A stretch of 64,000 nucleotides of DNA from Macrostomum lignano. Its lineage: Eukaryota. Under the pieces are notes generated by a model. The model saw only the letters and a program-made list of their open reading frames with translations. It searched no databases and had not been told where the DNA came from. The translations under genes were made by a program, and so were the position numbers. Each line of letters starts with the position of its first letter. Positions within the stretch are counted from its first letter, which is position 1. The DNA is taken from contig NIVC01000023.1 of NCBI GenBank assembly GCA_002269645.1, positions 992,001 through 1,056,000 on the forward strand, written 5' to 3'. This document shows positions 60,401 to 64,000 of this stretch, piece by piece.

Positions 60401-61977
60401 AACTATTACTGATGAATATCTGAAGTTCCCACGAACTAGTTTGGCGACGCTCGTAATGGGCCTGACGCGTGCTTCCCAAGGCCAGCCAAGCATAGGCTTA
60501 TAAGTTTATTTCATAGTAGCTCTGTTCTAGTAAGCCATTCACTCGAAACTAACGAATGACTGATGATTAATGAGATTTATGTATTCTACGAGTGGAATTG
60601 ATCTAATACAGATTTTAAAATGCTAGAAACATGTTGAAAGGACCTACTATTAGATATTGCTAGATAGAATATTGACTAGATATATTAGAGTTCTTTAAAA
60701 ACTGGCTAGTTCTACTAAGTTTTTTAGAAAATCGATTAGATCTACTATATCTACATAATGTATTACCGTCCTGCAAGGATCTATAGATATGAAGTTTTAG
60801 TATATTAGACTAGCAAATCTAGACCCCCGTAGGGGAGGCAACTAATAAAGTTATAAAAACTTATCCCGAACGCCAGCTTTTAGCGTATTATTCGTAGCTA
60901 TTACGCAATCAGATACGTATGACGCAATCGCTAGCGCTCCACTCACTGGTGACGCAACGTTTCCCAGCGAAAGGATCGCGACCAGGTCCAAATTTTGCTA
61001 ACGAATGCTGATGACTCATGGCCGTAGCCAAGCCCGGTTTTGAAGCCACAGTTGAAAGAAGAACAAAGTTAGCGTCTGTAATGAAAGCTGCTTCCAGTGC
61101 CCGCTTGTTAAATTGTGACGAAGCTGTGAAATGCTCCGCAGTTAGATTGAGCCCTGGTGAGTCTCGCGGCCAAGGCTCCACAAGGAATTTTCTTCTCCCA
61201 GTGTCGATAAGGCCGAGCTGAGAATGAGGAGGCGTTAGCGGGTAGGATGCCAGTATCTGACATGTAGGATGTCAGTGTCTAACATGTAGAATGGCAGTGT
61301 CTAACATGTAGGATGTCAGTGTCTAACATGTAGAATGGCAGTGTCTAACATGTAGAATGGCAGTGTCTAACATGTAGAATGGCAGTGTCTAACATGTAGA
61401 ATGGCAGTGTCTAACATGTAGAATGGCAGTGTCTAACATGTAGGATGTCAGTGTCTAACATGTAGAATGGCAGTGTCTAACATGTAGAATGGCAGTGTCT
61501 AACATGTAGGATGTCAGTGTCTAACATGTAGAATGGCAGTGTCTAACATGTAGAATGGCAGTGTCTAACATGTAGAATGGCAGTGTCTAACATGTAGAAT
61601 GGCAGTGTCTAACATGTAGAATGGTAGTGTCTAACATGTAGGATGTTCATATATTAATATCCTCACCGGTCCGCGACACAGATTCAGAGATGCAAAAGAG
61701 AATCTTTTGCCGACTCCTCCGTCGTCGCCGATCACGTCGCCGAAGAACTGGCACAGCGCGCTCTCAGCCTCGCGCTGTACAGCTGACTGATTTGAGTCGG
61801 CCCATGAGTACAAGCCTACTGACCTGGTGACGTTCAGCAGCAGTGGAGGAGTCTGACACTGCTCAATCTTCCTGGCAATGATGCAGCTCAATCGGAGTAA
61901 TAGGCGAACTTCTAGTTTATCAGTCAACTGCGCATCTAGCAGAGTCAATCGATGACGCGAACTCGAAGAGGCTGGAT
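39478..61977 (-). CDS. ADAMTS9: ADAMTS9/20/GON-1-type metalloprotease, 5' end not found. Exons 61977-61667, 61217-60947, 53038-52794, 52002-51916, 51828-51695, 51373-51315, 51244-51139, 50021-49866, 49540-49384, 48943-48830, 48746-48607, 48491-48238, 48135-47963, 47524-47404, 47321-47235, 47149-45936, 45383-45069, 44861-44679, 44527-44342, 43884-43714, 43255-43082, 42468-41326, 40464-40164, 39976-39783, 39624-39478 (~2150 codons)
   Basis: Pro-domain CQFFGDV...SLNLCRGP|LGLI...FLVEP. Furin site RRPRR. RFVEILFVVD. Zinc motif HELGHTFNMYHD and Met-turn. Disintegrin-like, central TSP1, Cys-rich and spacer domains. About 15 further TSP1 repeats. GON domain (TCAELK...VYCFGM...AGDCFS...CGGYCGYC). The symbol denotes the ADAMTS9/20/gon-1 orthogroup. 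Extra small exons between 53039 and 60946 are possible. Confidence 0.92.
40006..40122 (+). repeat. ~27-bp short tandem repeat in a GON-domain intron
   Basis: GATTAAGCTTCGAATAGGTCAA(GAAG/TGAG), about 4 copies. Confidence 0.85.
40484..40740. mobile_element. MITE next to an ADAMTS splice acceptor
   Basis: TIR core CATAAGACCTAAATTTCA / TGAAATTTAGGTCTTATG. Subterminal CGCCTAAATTTCA repeats. GAGAGG on both flanks. Confidence 0.7.
40870..41140 (-). mobile_element. Putative SINE (family C), diverged head
   Basis: B-box-like GGTTCTATTCC, plus a ~70-bp core (GAGGGCCAACCCT.AAGGC...AAGTGTACATGCCT...TGTACAC) shared with 47578-47830. Confidence 0.55.
42590..42990 (+). repeat. 19-bp minisatellite, ADAMTS intron
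   Basis: Unit CCTGCAGTGTCCTTCTTAT, about 21 copies. Confidence 0.96.
43456..43664 (-). mobile_element. SINE family B, copy 2 (CORE segment deleted)
   Basis: Shares the GTAGCCTAGTGGTTAGAGCGTCGGAC head and the GCGCAAT.GCTGCGGCTGA...GGTTGC.CATCTGCCCA tail with 38256-38482. Confidence 0.75.
47578..47830 (+). mobile_element. tRNA-derived SINE (family C)
   Basis: A-box GTAGCTTAGTGGT and B-box-like GGCTCGATTCC. Core shared with 40915-40984. GT-rich tail. Confidence 0.7.
49120..49335 (+). repeat. Degenerate repeat with GTCTATGGCAAA motif
   Basis: About 4 diverged units of (GTTAT)GTCTATGGCAAA..CTC...CAGAGCCTACA. Confidence 0.7.
49630..49757 (+). repeat. ~31-bp short tandem repeat
   Basis: GCATCTCAGCAACTCCCCATTGAGTCAA(A/C)TG, about 4 copies. 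Confidence 0.85.
50152..51045 (+). repeat. 23-bp minisatellite in the intron that splits the ADAMTS zinc motif
   Basis: Unit TGGCGCTAAACTGTG(G/A)TTCATTG, about 38 copies. Confidence 0.96.
52095..52735 (+). repeat. 24-bp purine-rich minisatellite
   Basis: Unit GTGACAGAGTGGAGGAGAAAGAGG with variants. Confidence 0.95.
53113..53456. mobile_element. MITE family A, copy 2
   Basis: Same TIRs and interior as 15043-15612, with a single internal unit. Confidence 0.75.
54036..55351 (+). repeat. ~59-bp satellite with a 298-bp higher-order repeat
   Basis: Unit CAGGGAATCCAGGGTAGCAGGTCGATGCTGACAGGGTCTGTGTGTGCCTGTGGGGAGTTC. Identical ORF starts at 54135, 54433 and 54731 show the 298-bp period. Confidence 0.95.
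55965..56458 (+). repeat. 20-bp minisatellite
   Basis: Unit GACAACCAAGAGACAGGG(GC/AC), about 24 copies. Confidence 0.95.
56838..57371 (+). repeat. Diverged sister array of the 54036-55351 satellite
   Basis: Unit GGGATCCAGGGGTCGCAGGTCGAT(G/A)CTGACAGGGTCTCTGTGTATGTAGGGAGTTCGA, about 9 copies. Confidence 0.93.
57822..59085 (+). repeat. 23-bp minisatellite with recurrent variant blocks
   Basis: Unit TTCGGCGCTTCTCTGACACCCAA, about 55 copies. Confidence 0.96.
59790..60248 (+). repeat. 24-30-bp minisatellite with higher-order structure
   Basis: TGGCGC(T/C)AAATTGG(G/A)GGTGTCTCAA units and longer variants. Confidence 0.92.
61248..61647 (+). repeat. 22-bp minisatellite
   Basis: Unit GTGTCTAACATGTAGAATGGCA, about 18 copies. 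Confidence 0.95.
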
Positions 61978-62084
61978 CTGTGATGGTAGATTTTTTTGGA
62001 TAGAAAGCATAAAAAATGAAGCGTTAAAGTACTTTCGCACTAGCGAATCAGGCATTTTTGTTATATTGTTTTTCGTTTGTGCAA

Positions 62085-62692
62085 CAATGGCAATGATTCA
62101 CTGGCCATAGATGATAAACAATGGCAGTGATTCACTGGCCATAGTTGATAAACAATGGCAGTGATTCACTGGCCATAGATGATAAACAATCGCAGTGATC
62201 CACTGGCCATAGTTGATAAACAATGGCAGTGATTTACTGGCCATAGATGATAAACAATGGCAGTGATTCACTGGCCATAGTTGATAAACAATGGCAGTGA
62301 TTTACTGGCCATAGATGATAAACAATGGCAGTGATTCACTGGCCATAGTTGATAAACAATGGCAGTGATTTACTGGCCATAGATGATAAACAATGGCAGT
62401 GATGCACAGGCCATAGTTGATAAACAATGGCAGTGATGCACTGGCCATAGTTGATAAACAATGGCAGTGATGCACTGGCCATAGATGATAAACAAAGGCA
62501 GTGATCCACTGGCCATAGTTGGTAAACAATGGCAGTGATCCACTGGCCATAGTTGGTAAACAATGGCAGTGATCCACTGGCCATAGTTGGTAAACAATGG
62601 CAGTGATTCACTGGCCATAGATGATAAACAATGGCAGTGGTGCATTGGCCATAGATGATAAATAATGGCAGTGGTGCATTGGCCGTAGAATG
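62085..62692 (+). repeat. 34-bp minisatellite
   Basis: Unit TGGCCATAG(A/T)TGATAAACAATGGCAGTGATTCAC, about 18 copies. Confidence 0.95.
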
Positions 62693-64000
62693 GCATTAAT
62701 TTTCTCCTTCAAGATCCATCCATCAATCCGTATACCCGTATGCAGCAGGGGTGTGCAGCTCATTTACAATGAATGCACTTTTGAACGTGACGACAATAAA
62801 CCGTGAAAACTTGGGGGCACAACATTTCAACAAATTACTCCAATAAAAATAGTCCCTCGTCCTGTGTCTATATAGAAGTCCCCCCGCTTTAAAAAATCAT
62901 CGCTTGTAGCAGAATCCATGGTGTGAAGAGAGTTGCTTTCGCTGCAAAATATCGGTCGGCTCTGACGGCTATGCTAGTCTGTTACTCCAGGCGAGAAAGT
63001 TTCTTATAATTTCAGCCAACAAATAGAACACTTGTTACACGTTAGCACAATAAAACAAACTTCAGAGTGTGTTGTATAGCAGTTATAAGCGCCCTATCTA
63101 TACGGCTATAGGTTGTTAGATTTTATTGCACAAGTCAGGATCGAGGGGCCACGCGAGCTTGATGATGTCTTAGGGGAAAGATCGTTTCCCATCGCCTTGT
63201 GGGATTTTATTAAGTCAGCTGCTACTATGGGGTTATTTAGGGACAGTACACAGAAACTGTCTTATCATTTCCTGGGTGCATTTGGACCCTCCGGGATGCT
63301 GAGGGGCAGGTGGAAATCCAGTGCAGCTTGTGCAGCCCCCCCCCTCAAACTGCGGAGGCAGCTGGTATCGCCTATTTTGGCCCCAATGATATATTGCATT
63401 AATACAATGAGGAAGAAGTTCCCAGTGCATCCGGAAACAGTGCTGCATACGCAGAAGCAGCCGTTTATCAAAACTTTCTCTAAAAGCATCCTATTTGCGG
63501 AAATTATACGGCTCGTATGTAGAGCGTAGACCATAAACAGTTGAGAAATTCCCAAACAAATGCATAAACTTTCTTTTTTTGGTGAACTTTTCCTGCAAGC
63601 ATCTTTTTGCCTGAGAGTCTGAAGGTATCGAAAAATCTTGGTGGTCCATGATTAAACAAGAAGTCAATGAGGTTGCTGCTGGAATTCAATTCTAGGTGCT
63701 GATGTCTATGGCAGAAATATCAAATTCGTTGCCTTTTTCTCAGTCTATGTCTATGGGCGAGACCAAATCTACTTGGTTTGCTTCACTATTTAACCTTAGC
63801 TGACGAAATTGCTATTCCATAGAAATACAGTCTTTTTGCGAGTTAATTGGTCGTCAAGCGTTATACTCCTACCGTCAACGGTGTAAACCATTGATTTTTA
63901 TAGCGGTTTTTCTCAAAAAAATTATGCCCACTTGCATAAATATCGCTTTTAGCGATCATTATTCCATTCGGGGCCATTCCAAAAGTGGCATTGACAGTTC

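Overview
Eukaryotic (animal) genomic DNA with GT-AG introns. AT-rich spacers, GC-rich exons and minisatellite-filled introns suggest an invertebrate, possibly a Macrostomum-like flatworm; that assignment is inference only. I reconstructed five spliced genes by hand, and splice phases are consistent across the junctions I called. (1) A catalytically dead myotubularin of the MTMR10/11/12 type (+, 8425-14946, 5 exons). (2-4) Three paralogous secreted, probably GPI-anchored CAP(SCP)-EGF genes that share an unnamed C-terminal domain (-, +, -; 18640-38071). (5) An ADAMTS9/20/GON-1 metalloprotease (-, 39478 to at least 61977, 25 exons traced, first exon not found). Almost all long ORFs in the supplied track are artefacts of about 30 different tandem repeats, most of them intronic. 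Mobile DNA includes several MITEs, two tRNA-SINE families, a truncated Penelope-like element whose inverted arms each carry a hammerhead-ribozyme core, and a decayed intron-containing Crypton-type tyrosine recombinase inside a CAP intron. The most interesting observations are: a private minisatellite in nearly every long intron, one array apparently seeded from a SINE core; a duplicated, possibly mutually exclusive CAP exon with an in-frame 33-bp expansion; the hammerheads; and paired loss of two catalytic-domain disulfides in the ADAMTS. There is no CRISPR array, rRNA or true tRNA.
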